A stretch of DNA of 64,000 nucleotides from assembly GCA_003971905.1 (NCBI GenBank), contig RSEE01000078.1:1-64000 (forward strand), given 5' to 3'. Shown piece after piece: positions 37,403-52,874 of this stretch. The notes under the pieces are model-generated. The model did no database searches. It had not been told where the DNA came from and saw only the letters and a list, made by a program, of their open reading frames with translations. The stretch comes from Moniliella sp. 'wahieum' (taxonomy: Eukaryota). Within the stretch, counting starts at the first letter, position 1, and each line of letters starts with the position of its first letter. The translations under genes and the position numbers were made by a program.

Positions 37403-40400
37403 TTAATAATGGTTAAATGAAGGCAGAGTGGGGGGGGCAGGGGCTAGTCGAGCGGGAGGGCCAAATTTGGTGGTGAACCAAGTGCCCAGGTCTTGCCAGA
37501 ACCCCTCGGCGCGGACATGTACTTGCGGCTGGGCTCGACGGGCGCCGGTCTGCCGCCGAGGGAAGCAGGTCGTGCGCGGGACAGAGGGCGGGGGACGGGC
37601 GGGAGGGCGGTCGAGCAGTGCCAGCTCCGGTTCCCGGGCCGGGTATGCTTGAGTGCGCCACCGCTCGCCGGTCCAGGTGCGCGGAAGACGGGACGCGTTG
37701 ATGGAGGAGCAAGAGTTTGGTCAGGACCACCTGGCTCTCGATGGCGTACTTGGTGTACACCTCGGTGCCTGGCACCAGGGGGCGTGGCAACAAAGTTTGG
37801 CCTCGCTTCAAGGGCGGATCCAACCGGGCGAGCGGGACGTGGCGCTTATTAGCTTCCTCTGCCACGCGGACATCCAACTCGTCCGCACTGTTCGGCACGT
37901 ACGGTGCCCAGGCCCAGTCCCCGCGCGCACTGTACCCTCCCGAAACCGCATACGCTTCCCCCAGCCCCCACCCTTTGCTCGATGGCGCGCGCGCCGAGCG
38001 ACCAGTCATCGACGGTGTCGCCGTCGCTTTGCCCCGCCCCAGTGCGCTTGCCGACTGCCGGTGGCCGAGCCGAGTGCGGACCACGTGCGACCGCCGCGCG
38101 GCGCAGGGCGCGGCTCAATTACCGACGCGGCGCGCCACCGAGGCCCGAGCGGGGTGGGCGACGGCGTGGGGCGCGGTCGGGGCCGGGCTTGGGGATGGTG
38201 GTGCGGACAGAGGAGGCGGGGGACGGCGTGGGACTCGCAGCAGGAGACTTGGTGCCTCGGCGGGACGCGGGAACACCAAGTCTGTGTGCGCTGCATCTTG
38301 GTGGCCTTGGGCTTGAAGGTCAGCATGCGACCGTCGGATCATCCTTCCTGGCTTGCCTTCTTCTCTTGTCGACTCGGCTGCAACAATGATCAAGTCCGGA
38401 AGCGAAACCGAGGCGTTGGGGGGAGTACGAATGCCGGCCTGAACGGCTCGGGCAGCTTGGGACAAGGTAGAGCGGGAAGAGGGGTGGGCATGGAGGTCGA
38501 TGGATGGGCCAGAGGGGAGGCGTTGGTACGGCCGCTGAGGGGGATTTGGTCGCAGAAGCAGTGCGGGGGAGGCTGCTAAGGGCCTTAGCGCGCGATTGTG
38601 GGGCAGAAGGGGTGGTGTGGGCCACTACAGAGTGCAAGGGCGTGGAACTTTCACCAGGGTGGAATGGGTCGGCCGAGCGACGGGCATGAGGAACGACGAT
38701 TTGGGCGGGGTAAGCGAGACATGACTCCACTTGGTTGTAAACCAAAGTGAGGTAGATGGAATCGGTCGGCCAACCGGGCGGGTGTGGGAGACGCAGCAAT
38801 CAGGTCGGTTGGAGACGGGGGGAATGGTACCTTCTGGACAAGCCACTGGCTGTTGCTGGCGTCGTCCCACCCGTCGAGGCAGGCGATACGGACGAGGACA
38901 GTGTTCGTATGGACGCGGAAGCAGCAGCTGAAGCAGCGGTGGGAGGAGGGGGAGGCGAACGGGGTAGAACCACGGTGCCCGTTGTGGTTGCAGTCCCCGT
39001 ATTAGAGGGAGAGAGCGAGAGCCCGCGCAAACCACGCCCTGGAGAAGGGGAGTATTTCCCCTTGAACTGGCACGAGACCCACCGCGCGAGGTTCGTCGCG
39101 AGACGAGAGACGGTGTGCGAGATGGAGGGCGAGAGGTAGGATGGGTAGTAAGGGGAAGGAATGCCGACGGTCGAAGGAGGTTGCGGAGTGTGTGGTTCAT
39201 CTCTAGGTGATCTACAGCCGAAGGCGGACGGAGGGGGTCAGCAATACTGGCAGGTAACTGCAATGATTTATCCCCTTCGTCCACAGGAGCAAGGCTAAGG
39301 GCAGCGATCCGGCGTTGAACCTTTGTTGCGTCCCGCGCGAAAGCGGCAAAACCCGCGGTCAGAGCGTCATGACGTTTGTCTAGTTCCTTGGCGGTGGACA
39401 CGAGGTGACCATGAAATACGTTCGGCCAAGGCAGCCAGGGCAGTCCGGGCTCGGGAAAGAGCAAGAAAGTAATAGTCTTTTCGATTCGTTAACGCCCGCA
39501 CTGCCGAACTCAGCTCGTCAGCCGTTTGGGACAGCAGAGACGGCTCGACCTCGTGCGAGCTGGCAGAGATCTCTTTTACTCTTTCCTCGGCTTGATCCAG
39601 ACCATCCCGTGCGGTCCGCAGGGCCATCTCGAGCGCAGCACATAGGTCTGACGCATGGTTGACCGTGGAAAAGGCGCTGGCCTGGTTATCGGACTTGGCC
39701 TCGTCCTGGGCCATCCGCACCTGGGTTTGCATCCGGGCCCACATAGCCCCAAGTTGTGGTGCTGTGTTTTCAGCGAAGCGATAGCACAAGCATCGCGCCC
39801 ATGGCCCGAGCGCAGACCCCCCGGTAAGTGGGAGCGAATCGGATCGTTCTCGTCCATGGGTTGGCTGAGGGGGCGGACACGGTCAAACTGCAGTCCCAAG
39901 GGGTTGGATCCCGTCGTTTTGTCCATGTCCATTGCGGGGAACTGCGGGGAACACTCTGCCGCCCATGGCTCCGTCACTCGCCCCAAGCGGGTGGGGGCAA
40001 CAAGGACTCGGATCAACTCATCGTCAAAGCTCCCATTGGTCTCGGTTGTGGCGGTGGTGATGGTTGAAGCCATACTGGTCGTTCTTGTGTGAACATTGGC
40101 ACTGTTTCCGAATGGAACCAAATCGACGTGCGGCAAGGTTCCTTGAGCAAAAGCGCGTTCCACCTCAGGCAGTATGGTAGCTGCTTGATTGGCACATTGC
40201 TCGGCCTCCGCCATGGTTTGATCCAACCGAGCGGATACGGTGGCTAGCGCATTCTCTTGGTCTATTCCTGCACCACCTGCCACCACATCTGGGGAATGAC
40301 GCACTTCTTGGAACCGAAAGAGAGCGGCTTGGACGGCCTCGATTGCTTGGCTCCATGCCGCGGCGGTACGGATGGCCATGGCGATGGATACCTCGGTCTG

Positions 40401-41507
40401 GTCAAGTGAGAGGGGGATCTTGCTGGGACCTACACTGCGGCTGGGAAAGGGCATGGCGTCAGCGGCAAGCGGCTGGGGTCCCGGATATTGGACAAAGGAA
40501 GCACCCGAGCAAGGGTGTGTCGCAGGCCGTCGGATACGGAGACTGGCGGGACCGAGAGGAGGAAGCCATCGGAGGCAGGGCTATCAGGCGGTACGGGTAC
40601 GGACGATGAGCGAGATCCAGGCCAAGGGGTGGTGGGGGTGGGGCCTGGCGTGGTGGGAGTGAGAGAGGTGCGGCTGGTGGGGGCCGGCAAGGGAGCGGGA
40701 GCGGGTGCAAAGAAGCGCATACTTTTGGGTGGTTCAGGCGTGGGCGGCGATGGCGCGGGGAGGGGGGCGGGGTAAAGGCGGTGGCAAGGATGATGACCGC
40801 GCGGCGCAAGAGATGGGCGGCCGGGACGAGGACGAGGACGATGGCAGGCATGGGGAAGATGAGTTGGGGAGGGGCACAAATGGTGCCAGAGGGTGGGCGC
40901 CGAGGGCATTGGCGAGGGGGAAAGCGGGGCAGTGGAGACAGGGCGGGGCAAGCGGTGGCCGAAGGGGCACGGGCGCGTGCAGTCTCAGCGAAGCCGAGCG
41001 TGCAGGCGAGCCGGCGGACGACATGTCGGCGGTGGAGCGTGTCTGGGCAATGGCTCGCGCACGGGCCCGCCCCTGGCTACGGCCGAAGCGCGGTCGAGCG
41101 AAGCGACAGGGGGCGCGGCACATGCACCGGCCTGTCCACCCCATCCGCCGCACCCACCGCACCCATGGCATCTGCCGCGCAGCTGTGGGATCCAGGTGCT
41201 GGGAAGATGTGCGGACGTCCGCGGTGGTTGTCGCGGGCTTGGTGATTGCCCCCAGCAGCATCACCAACACCGTCACCGGCACCATCACCAGCACCGTCAC
41301 CATCAGGACCATCAGGGCTGGGGGAACGGGCCGGGCTGTCTGGACCAGGGCCGGGTGCTTGGAGGGCAGCCGAGGAGGAGGGGCCATCCGGTGGGCACTC
41401 CATGTGTGGCGGGGGGCAGGCACCGGGGCTGTGGGTGGTGGGGGTGGCGGGGGGCTAGGCGGTGCCTGTCCGTCCTCAACCTCGACGGTCTGTGGACGAA
41501 CGGCCAT
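37403..41507 (-). CDS. Large Pro-rich/coiled-coil protein with a C-terminal GAS2 (GAR) microtubule-binding-like domain
   Basis: YVPNSADELDVRVAEEAN...YTKYAI...TKLL...VHVRAEGFWQDL resembles GAS2 (..LD..V...Y......VMVRVGGGW..L). Helical middle region at 39100-40400. Start MAVRPQTVEV at 41507; frameshifts and probable introns. Confidence 0.65.
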
Positions 41508-42085
41508 GCAACACCACACCCTGCCGTGTGGCGCAAGCGCAAGTTGAAAGTGGCAAAAAGCCAGCTACATGTGCCATCCAACGCCATCGACGTCATCGAT
41601 CAGACTGGGATCCTGGCCACCCACATCTTGGCGGCCGATGTGACCTGGCTGTGACAGCGGTTGCTTCTGCCTCGCCTCTTGCCACATCTGCTTCCCCACC
41701 TCCTCCGCCCACCAGCACGCCAATGCGCATGGCGCATCGTGGCGAGCGCCCTCCGCTCTGCCATACAGTGGGGCAAACGCCAGATGGGTGTGCGAGGTGC
41801 AACACATGCATGCGTGGTTACTACTAGCTACACTTACTGGTTATTAGGGTGGGGCCACCTTTTGCTCATTAACAAAGCAAATCCTCCCCACAATTTTAGA
41901 CGCAGGGGCCATCTGTCCTTTTTCACTTCGACTGGTCCTATGTATATACCACCCCACCCTAGACCCCTCGCCACCCGTCCCAGCATCAGCTTTGTTGCTG
42001 CCCACCGCTACTCAGCAGCAGCACTTGGCACCTGCACTGCCACCACCACCACCTCTGCCTCTGCCTCTACCCCCCCTCCCTCTCC

Positions 42086-44316
42086 ATGCTATTCTTCGAC
42101 TCCAAAAACACGGTCGACCCCAGCCTCATCGCCCAATCCGATGCCCAGGCCCAAATCGGGTGAGTTGATAGAGCTGTGCTCTCCCCTGCCCCAGAAGCTG
42201 ACCGTACACAACTAACCTCGCCGTGCCCCCCTCCCACTCCCACTCACACTTCTACACACAGGCGAACCCAAGACCACCATTCAGCGTCCCCCTCCCCGAT
42301 TCGGAGGAGCCTGGCTACAGTGCCACGTATGTCAATGCTGTCTGCCCCAAGTTGGAGGTGGAGGAGACCATGTACGAGCTGAGCGAGGCCGCCCTGACCA
42401 AGTTTGCCGATCGCCCTTGCCTCGGCTGGCGTCCGTGGGACTGGGAAAAGGGCGAGTTTGAAGCGCGCTACCACTGGCTGACGTACCGCGAAGTGGCCGA
42501 GATGCGTACCGCGCTTGGCAGTGGGCTGGTGCAACTGTTGGAAGATGGGACGTTGGATGCGAGTCGCACGCTCTGCACGGCCTATTGGGCCGCCAACCGC
42601 GCCGAGTTCCAACAGCTGCAACAGGCCTGCAGCGCTTACTCGTTTCGCATCGTCGCCCTCTACGACTCGGTCGACATGGACGCTGGCATTTACATTCTCA
42701 ACCATGCCGATGCGCAGGTCCTAGTCACCACGCACAAGCATGCGCGCCTGGTGATTGACCACAAGGACCAGCTGCCGCACCTCAAGTTACTGGTGATTAT
42801 CGATGCTCAAACCTCGCACCACGCCGTTGCCCACCCCACCCCCCCACCCGGCCAGGACGCAGAGACGATGCGCCACGTATGGGAGACCAAGGTGGTCCCG
42901 GTGATGCGGATTGATGAGTTGATGGAGATGGGTCGGATGGAGCCCAAGGCGCACCGACCGCCCAAGCCGGATGATGTGGCGCAATTGGTCTACACGAGTG
43001 GCACGACGGGCAACCCCAAAGCAGTGATGATCACCCAGCGCACCAAAGCGTTTGCCGTCCGGTCGGTGCCGACGTTGATTCGGCTGACTTTTCATGTATG
43101 CTAGGCTACCTCCCGGTCGCGCACTCGTTTGCGTGCATGTTGGAAGATGCGGGCCTGGGTACGATTGGCGGTCGAGTCGGGTATCTGTGTGGCGACACGC
43201 GTCGGATCCTAGAGGATCTGCAACTGCTGCAACCGGACGTGTTTCCTACCGTTCCACGTGTGCTCAATCGCATTGCCGCCAAGATCCAGTCGACGATGGA
43301 GGAAGAGAGCCTTAAAGGCCGGCTGCTCCAACGCGCCGTAACAAGCAAATTGGCCGCTCTTGATGCCACCGGATCCGTTCACTCGTTGATGTGGGACACA
43401 CTCGTCTTTAATCGCATTCGCGCCCTGATGGGCGGTAAAGTGAAGCTGGTGATTAGTGGTTCGGCGCCCTGCTCGCCGCCCATCCTCCGGCTCTTGCGCG
43501 TTGCGCTCGCTTGCCCGTTGTGGAAGGGTATGGCATGACGGAAAACTATGCGATTGGCACAGTGTCGGTGTATACGGACAAGTCGACGGGGACGGTGGGA
43601 CCGCCGCATGCGGGGTGCAGCTGCGACTGAAAGACATGCCCGAGTTGGGCTATCGCGTGTCCGACCCCAACCCCCGAGGCGAACTGATGATTCGAGGTCA
43701 GTGCGTGTTTCAAGGCTACCTCAACGCACCAGAGCAAACGGCCGAGGTGCTCGATGCCAACGGATGGCTTTCTTCTGGGGACATTGCCGAGGTAGACTCG
43801 CGCGGCCGGTTTGCCATTATCGATCGCGCCAAGGCGCTCACCAAGCTCAGCCAGGGAGAATACGTGTCGCCCGAGAAGCTGGAAACGGCGTATACGTTTG
43901 AGCTGCCGATTTTTTCTCACTTGATCGTATACGGTAACAGTTTCCAACACTTTCTCGTTGCTGTTGGCTCGGTCGAACGAGCGGCATTTGTCGACTTTGT
44001 TCGTTCGGTCCGCAAGCCAGTGGAGGAGACGTGCGCGATGAAGCCGCAACCGGCACGGATGGTCCGGAGCAAGAAGATTTGACGTGCCAGCGGCCTGCTC
44101 GGACCCCGAAGTGATCAAGGCGGTATCAAGGCGCTCGGCACGCGGGGACGCAAGGCCGGCCTGAAGGGTTGAGATGATCAAGAACCTGCGGCTCTACCCA
44201 ACCCCCTTTTCGGACGAGATCATCACACCTTCAAGGTCAAACGCAACGGGTTTGCTCGCATGTACAAATCCGACTTGGACCAGATGTATGCCGAAGGACC
44301 GGTGGCGACCAAGTAG
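42086..44316 (+). CDS. Long-chain fatty acyl-CoA synthetase
   Basis: YTSGTTGNPKAVM, GYLPVAHSF, FPTVPRVLNRI, ISGSAP, RGELMIRG, WLSSGDIAE, IIDRAKALTKLSQGEYVSPEKLE. Intron at about 42160-42261. Confidence 0.93.
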
Positions 44317-45029
44317 TAGTGGTGGGCCTTGCCCGTTCCCTCCTCCCCTCGGCGTTGATGTACCTCCATTCCCCTCCCGCGACCAGCTCGCCCGTTCATC
44401 CTCGTCTTGTCTTTGGCCGCCTCCTTCCCCTCCAGCAAGTCGCGATGCGTGTGTCGGTGGGAGTGTTCTGTTTGGTACCAATTCTCTGCTTGCTTGCTTG
44501 GAACCATTGCTGCTGTGCAACCTGCGCTGGCTGCGCCCTTCCCCTGTGTTTGTCCAACCCAAACAACACCCACGTCCCCAATGTTGATACGCGATTTGGT
44601 TGATACAACTGAATTGCCCTCCTGTCCTGCTTGTAGGTGAAGAGCCCCGCCCCCAGTCGGCTATCACATGACAGCCCCGGGCGGAATGGGGCGGCGGAAC
44701 GGACGCGCACACTAGCGCTCTGCGCTCCCAGCCGCTCGCGCCCGATGCACGCGCGATAGGGTTGGGCCGGAGCAGAGCTGTGGTGCTAGGGTTGCAGACG
44801 TGGCCCCCGGCACTGCCCACGCGGGGGCTGCGCTGCAGGCCGCCCGGCAGGCCGCACGCGGGCAGTGTGCGCGATGCCCGCCTGGCGCAGCGCTGTCGCT
44901 TTGAACGATCCCCGTTCCCTCGTCGCCGGGGCGCGCATCGCGGGCAACACGGCGCCCCCTGCCCCTCCTCCTCCACCGCCACCTCCTCTTCCTCCTCGCC
45001 CCCCCCCCTCCTCCCCTTATCCCGCAGAC

Positions 45030-46105
<1,076 letters not shown>

Positions 46106-47484
46106 CCCTTTCCTTACTTGTTCTGTGCCCCCTTTCTTCCGTATGCTTGCCTTTTTTCTGCCCTCGTAGGTGGGGGTTGGCTGGCAAGCCGCTGGGCTGC
46201 GGCTTGTGGGCTGGCTGGGGCCCCCCTGGCCCAGCCTTTAGTATGTATCGTGAAAACGAGAAGGCAATGCACACGATGCAGTATCCAAACAGGTCAGATG
46301 CGTAGAGCTACGTTCACCTTTCTTCAGTTGCATCTAGCGTGAGCAAGGAGAGCAGCAGGGTCCTTGTCCCGACGTAGGTCTTGAGTCTGCACTGTCGGAT
46401 GCAGTCGTTGCGTGGACCACACCGAGTCGTAACTTGGTATCCAAGTTCATCTAGTAGGTAAACGCGTGATGGATGTGCGTGATTGCCTGCAGTGGCATGC
46501 GAACTCTTGTCCAACTCGGTTCGTCTCCGTTGTTCCCTGGTGTACGACTGTTGGACCATTTTTCCTAAGCGCCGAGAGGTTCGAGTCTCCCCTATGGGTT
46601 GCGACAGGCCAGGCTGCCTGAAGCACGACCATTAGTGTGCTTCCCAGAGAGTGTGCTGTGTCCACGGCGCGGATGGGGCAGGGATGCTCCGAGCATATAT
46701 ATCGTGAGATGCCTCGTCGGTGCCTCGCTTCCAAGCACTGTGCCATTATATGCTGAAACCATGATGAGGACTGTATGCCCGCTGGTACGCTGGCCAACTC
46801 GAGCCTCTCACGTTTGAGAACTGACTCTGGAGGGACCAGGGTACCTGGACATCATCGATGTACACATGGAGAGCAACAGCAATCCAAAACTGTTATGAAC
46901 GACTGCAACACAAACAGCTACTATAGTTTGGCTGTGATAGCAGTAGGGGTGGCCACCTGTGTGGCAACCAATTGGTCGATGGCTTGTATACATAGCATCA
47001 AGTTGCCGTTGACGATCAGACGAATTTGTCCATGCAACTTGATGGCTGTGTGCCGACGTTTCTCACTGGTTGGTTGGTAGACCTGCCGGGGCATATCGTC
47101 GCCTTGCCCAAATCGCACTTCGTCGCCACATATGCACTTCAGCCGACTGAACAACGGTGATGCAGATGGATGAGCCAGCTTGCTTCACAGGCATCTGTGA
47201 CTTTTTGTCCCCAGAATCCCTGGAGAGGATCTCTCAAGGGTACAGCGTCTGCTTTCGGTTGTATGAATGGGAGCGACACACAAATAGGCCCTATATACTA
47301 ACTGCTCACTCGTGGCGTTTGCTTGACCACCGCCTCTCTTTGCTTGTGCGTCTGCCGCTGTCCCCCACGATGTAGAAAAGTGAGAGCTCCCACCCCCACC
47401 CTTTCGGCCGTTCTTCTTTCGGAACCATATATCAGTCGCCAGCTCCACCAGGAGCCGAGAGAGGATGGGCGGTGGGTGGTGCAT

Positions 47485-47511
47485 GATGACATGTGACGTG
47501 ACCGCGTGACC
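47485..47511. repeat. nnTNAnn arrays in the SSK2 upstream region
   Basis: gaTGAca-tgTGAcg and cgTGAcc-g-cgTGAcc. Confidence 0.7.
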
Positions 47512-47841
47512 AGCGCGGCAGAAAGCCATTGGCGCAGAGCTATGGCGTGTGATGCTGGCGATGGGTGAGAGGTGGATGGTACGTTAAAGTAGGGGCAAGT
47601 GGAGCTACAGAGAGCAGATGGGAGGGAGGCGCTGCGATCGTCACTTGCCTCGCTCGCTCGGGTTTTGTGGCCCCTGAATATCAAACTCACTCCCGACGCC
47701 GGGGGGACCAACGCATCCCCCCTCCAGCACTCGTGGTTCCCATAAGCCCTCGCCTGGGGCGCCCCTGTGCCCCCCGCCTTTTTGAGAGCCCCACACCTCC
47801 ATCCACGCGCCTGCGCGCCTCCTCGCCTCCTCTCCAACCGC

Positions 47842-50800
47842 ATGGACGCTGGCCCTCGCCCGGCCCAGCACGCCCGGCACGCCCCTCGCCATGTCCGCCA
47901 CCCCCCGAACGCGCGTCGGAGGACGGAGCGGCGATCGGCTCAGCTTGGCCGCCGCACCTACGCATCCCACATGCGCCGCATCACAGCGCTGCCGTGCTCA
48001 ACACCAGCCGGCTCCAGAACCCGCAGCCGGCTTGGGCGCAGCCGCCGCCGCTGCTGCAACCGCCTCCGTCCCCGCCCGCCACCCGCCCCCTCCCCCACCC
48101 TCCTCTGGCGCCGTCCTCCCGGCGGGAGGGAGTGCCGCGCCTGCCAGTCGCCCGCACCGCCGCCCTGGCCTTACCCTGGGCCGCGCCCTCTGCGCCCCAG
48201 CCCATCGAGGATGGTCTTGCTCGGCTCGAATGGCACACCATGCTCGAGGTGGCCTTGCGCTCCGAGGTTGTTCGCTCCGAGACCCAACGCATCATCTCCG
48301 TCGACACGCATGAGCAAAGCCGGGCGGAGATGCTGTACGAGCGATGGATCGAGCTGCGGGCCGTCTACTTGGGCCGCCCGCTTCGCACGCGCTCCTTCTC
48401 GTTGCGCAAGGAACGCCAAGCGCTGCAGCAGCGTCTCCCCCATCTCGTGCACGGCGCGGTGGACTTGGTCCTGGCATTTCAGTTGGACGCAGAGTCGCCG
48501 TCGGAAGCCGACGCATCCCACACAAAGGAGCATGCATTCACCAAGGTGGGCCAGCTGCTGGAGCAAGTTGATCTGCTCGAACAGCAGTTCGCTTCCCTTC
48601 GTTCCATGGTTGATATGGCGCCGGAATGGAACCAACAGGCCGTGCAAGGCAAGCTTGCGCAGCTCTATACGTGGTACAACTGTACCCCTGCTTCGCTGTC
48701 AGTTCCACACTCTCCGTTCCTGGACGGGATCCTCCCAGCTCGCCATCTTTGGCCACATCGGCTCCCAGGACCCTTCGATTGATACCAGCGCATCCAGCCC
48801 CGATATGGCGGGCACTGAACTCCCCCAAGGTCTCGCCCCTGCCGAGCGTGTGGCTGTATCTACCATCTATGGCGATGCTACCTTGGGTGCAACGCCGGCG
48901 ACCCAGAACACAACGAACAAGGGGAGGAACTTGCATTCAGACGGCCTCCTTTGCCTGAGCCCGGGGAGAAAGGTGTGTTGGTAGAGCGGGTGATGAAGGA
49001 CAATGCGTTTCGGAAAACACTTGAGGAGCGTTTCCTGCGGTACCTTTGGGCTCTGCTCATCAAAGCACGGGATGCAATCAAGGAACATCCTGCTTTTGTC
49101 CGCTGGGGCTTGCCCTCGTTTCAGAGCGAACTGGTCCAGCTGAGCAATTTTCCCATCGCTTTGCTCGAGGGTGCACTACGTATGCACCTTGTCTATGCTC
49201 CCAATGTGCGTTCCCATCCGCCCACGCTGGCCGTCGCAGATACGCTCTTGCGCACCCTTCGCCCCACCTTGGCTCTTGCCTGCCGGGTCAAAGATGCTTA
49301 TATGGCATTCATTGCGCCCGATCCGGGGACAGGATGGAGTTTGCTGGGCACTGAGCCGCTCAAGCGGCAAGACACCACGTTTGACCGTATCCTTCGTCAG
49401 GCCCTCGAGCTGTTCTTTGACTTGCTGGATGCCAAACTGAAAGCCTCGGTCTTTTTCCAAGAAACGGAGATTTTGGAGCCCGAATGGACATTCCTCACGG
49501 CCGCAGCCAGTTCCATCTATCAAGGGGATATCCTGGTCGCCAACCGCATCACACGCATCGTCACCCATGTACGCACCGTCTCCCCCTCTCCTGATACGAA
49601 CATAGCACGTTCGCCCTAACTCCTTTTTGTTCCCCTTTTTGCCTCCTACCAAAGCTGTTTGCCCGGATCGGATACTATTTTCAATGTGAGATGAACGTGC
49701 CTCTGCTGCCGTCCGAAACAAGCGTGCTACGCCATCGCACTCCCCCACCTCTTGGTCCTCGGCCTTCTCCCAAACCCACGACGTCTGGCACCTTGACCAA
49801 AGGCAAGAAGTTGATGGATCTGAGTGAAACCAAAGTGTGGATGCGGGCCGTGTTGGACAATGTGCGAAACCGAACGCGTCGCTTACTTGCCTTTTCAAGT
49901 GACGTTCGTGGACGCCTGGACAATGCAGCTGAATATGATCTGTCGGTGCTTGTATCTGAGCGTGGCATGGATGAGCCCGACCGTGAAAGGGTGATGAGAG
50001 AACAAGGAACAGAACCGCTGGCGTCGATGGACCGCCCGAGTTTCTCGATGCACTGGAACAAGCTGGCTTCTTGTTTGTTCAGTCGTCCCTTTTGGAACGG
50101 GGGGTGTATGTGTTAGCCCATCCTGCTCTGTACAACCAGGCCGGTTTGGTGCTAGACCTCCTGACCAAATGTCTTCGCTCGTCGGGCCAAACCGAAGGGG
50201 TGGAGGGCCAGGAGCCAACACCGTCCCGCGTCCACTGTCCCTTGTACTCCAGTTTTGATACGTGCGTCAACGTGTGGGGTGAGGATGCGTTGCAGGAGAT
50301 GGACGAGTATCGCCGGGTCCGGCTCAATGGCGGGGGACCGTCCCCCAGCGGGATGGAAGGAAGGGGTGTCGGTTTAGCCTCGCCCGAGGTATTGATGCGG
50401 CAGACAGAGGGGCAAGCGGTCCGCACCAGACTTTCGCCTCGAACGCAAAACAGTGGTTCCGACTCGACCAGCCGGCCTTGTCGCTACTTGCTCCTTCTTT
50501 CTCTCCCCAATGGATTTTCTTGGCACGGAAACACAATGCGCCTCGAAACCCCTCTGGTTCATGTCAAGATGGCCAAGCGTCGCTTGCGATTGGTGGCGGA
50601 TGGAAGCCGTCGAGAACTGCAGCGATGCAAGGACGACTTGTATCGTGTATTTGCTCTCCGCCAGGATCGGTTATCCCAAAGAGAAAATGCAAGGCCCACC
50701 TCCGCTACCAACAACGGGACAGGCGGGCCCTGCAACGCGGGAAACATGCCCAGTCCGAATGACTCGTCCCTCCGTTCTGCTTTTCCCCTTCCCACTGTTA

Positions 50801-52874
50801 CCAAGTACATGGCCCACCTCCACCCGGTCCAGAGAGAGGTGGCCAAGATCAACCAGAGCATCTACAAGTTAGCTCTGACAATCATGCGGGAGGTATCCAA
50901 GCAACGACGCCGACTCCATTTCCAGACATACAATCATCCCTCTGGTGAGACGCGAGGGCCTGACGACAAAGGCGGGGATATGGACGAAGTGATTCAGCAG
51001 TGCTACCAGTTAGCGTCGGACCATACGCTCCGTTCTCTTCCTTTTATCGTATCGACCAAAGTAAGGGCCGAATGACGGTGGCCATCAGTCACCTGACTAT
51101 CGACTGGATATGTTTCATCACCGACGACTGTGTTCCGACGGATCGCAAGACCTTCAAGTGGGCTGTCACTTCCCTGGAGCATGCGTTCATCTCAACCATG
51201 GGGGATAACATACTCAAGCTCGAGGGAGAAGAGTACGCACTGCTTCAACAGAAGGTTTCACTCTGCATGTGCCTGCTCATCTCCCACTTTGACATTCTCG
51301 GTGCCCGCTCTTCTGCTCGCCCCCCTCTGAGTAGGGAAGCCCAATCCAGGTTAGGGTCGGACCCGCTGGAACTGAGCAGGGCCGAGGTGTCTGTCGACGT
51401 TGGTTCTCCTTCCCAACCCAACGTCTCATCGCAAACCAAAGTGCCACAACTATGCTACTCAACTCGGACGCCAGAGAGAAGCGTTCAGTGGCACAGATGA
51501 ACCATCTCGCCCAACTCGAGGCCCAAAGGGAAGAGTACTTGGCCCCCCACAGGTTAATGGGGAGGGTGCTGGATGACTCCCTGATCGAAGACCTGGGCCT
51601 TCAATCGCTTGCCTCGGCCCACAATGTCTCGATGCACTGGGAGCCTAGTTCGATCTTGGGGGAAGGCGCGTTTGGGACGGTGTTCAGCGCGCTCAACATG
51701 GAGACTGGCAGTATGATGGCGGTCAAGGAGATCCTGTTTCGTGGCATGGTGGGCCATCCCAACTTTGTTCAGCACATTCGGGACGAGTTGGCAGCGATGC
51801 AACAAATGGATCATCCCAACGTCGTCCGCTTCTATGATTTTGAGGTCCACCGCGACAAGGTCTACATTTTCATGGAGTTGTGCGAAGGTGGCAGCCTTGA
51901 CAACGTGCTTGAATTTGGCCGCATTGAAGATGAGCGCCTTCTGCAGGTGTATGCGTTGCAGATGCTCAACGGCCTTACTTACCTACATGCAAATGGAATC
52001 GTTCACCACGATATCAAGCCGGACAGTTCGTATATCCTCTCCCTCCTTTCACCCTTGTTTGATGATATGAGCCTCATGTTATTTCTGACCTAGCGAGGTC
52101 TGTCAACAGATATTCTCTTTTGTGACAAAGATATGGACGTGCTCAAGTTTATTGATTTCGGATCGGCCCGATTCTTGCCTGGCTTTCCTGGCAAGGGGTG
52201 CTGCAGTCTGTACCAAACCCGTCTCAGCCCAATCAAGCACTTGCCTCCTCCACCCATTCCTCCTCCTCATCTTATTCCCAAGCCGAGCCGGATCACGAGA
52301 GAATTCCGAGAGCCCAGCTTCAACGGCACGCCCATGTACATGTCGCCCGAGTCGTTCAACATGGACCTACGACGTAAGATGGAGGCGGGGCACGCGAGTG
52401 CGATTGATATTTGGTCGATGGGATGTGTGCTACTAGAGTGTGTGACGGGCGAGCGCCATGGAACCTGGACACGAACCAAGCCATCGTCTACCGTGTTGGT
52501 CGGGCCCAGGATCGTCCTGTACTGCCCACGCCAAACCAGCTCAGCCCCGAGGGCATCGACTTTCTGTCGCAATGCCTTACCATCGACCCCTGTCTCCGGC
52601 CTACCGCTGGGCGCTTCGGAGCCACCCTTGGATGGCCAAATTTGTGCGCGAGTATGAATCCGAAGCGCTGCAGGCTGAACAAAGCCAGGTCGACATGGAG
52701 ACTGTAGAGGCGGAAGTCGAGGCGGAAGCCGATATTATGGATTCGCCTTACCTTGCCCATGGATGGGGACCTGCCTCGCCCTGGGGCGTTCCTACCCACT
52801 TCAATCCCGTCCCTTCCCCCACCGTGCCCGACTTTTCTCGATTTGCCCAGGATCCCAGCGGTGCCTTGGGCTGA
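47842..52874 (+). CDS. SSK2: MAP kinase kinase kinase of the Ssk2/Ssk22 (HOG pathway) family
   Basis: N-terminal RLEWHTMLEVALRSEVVRSETQRI; DWICFITDDCVPTDRKTFKWAV; CLLISHFDILGARS; kinase motifs LGEGAFGTV, MAVKEI, VHHDIKPD|NIL, DFG, GTPMYMSPE and DIWSMGCV. Introns at 49569-49654 and 52026-52109. Confidence 0.93.
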
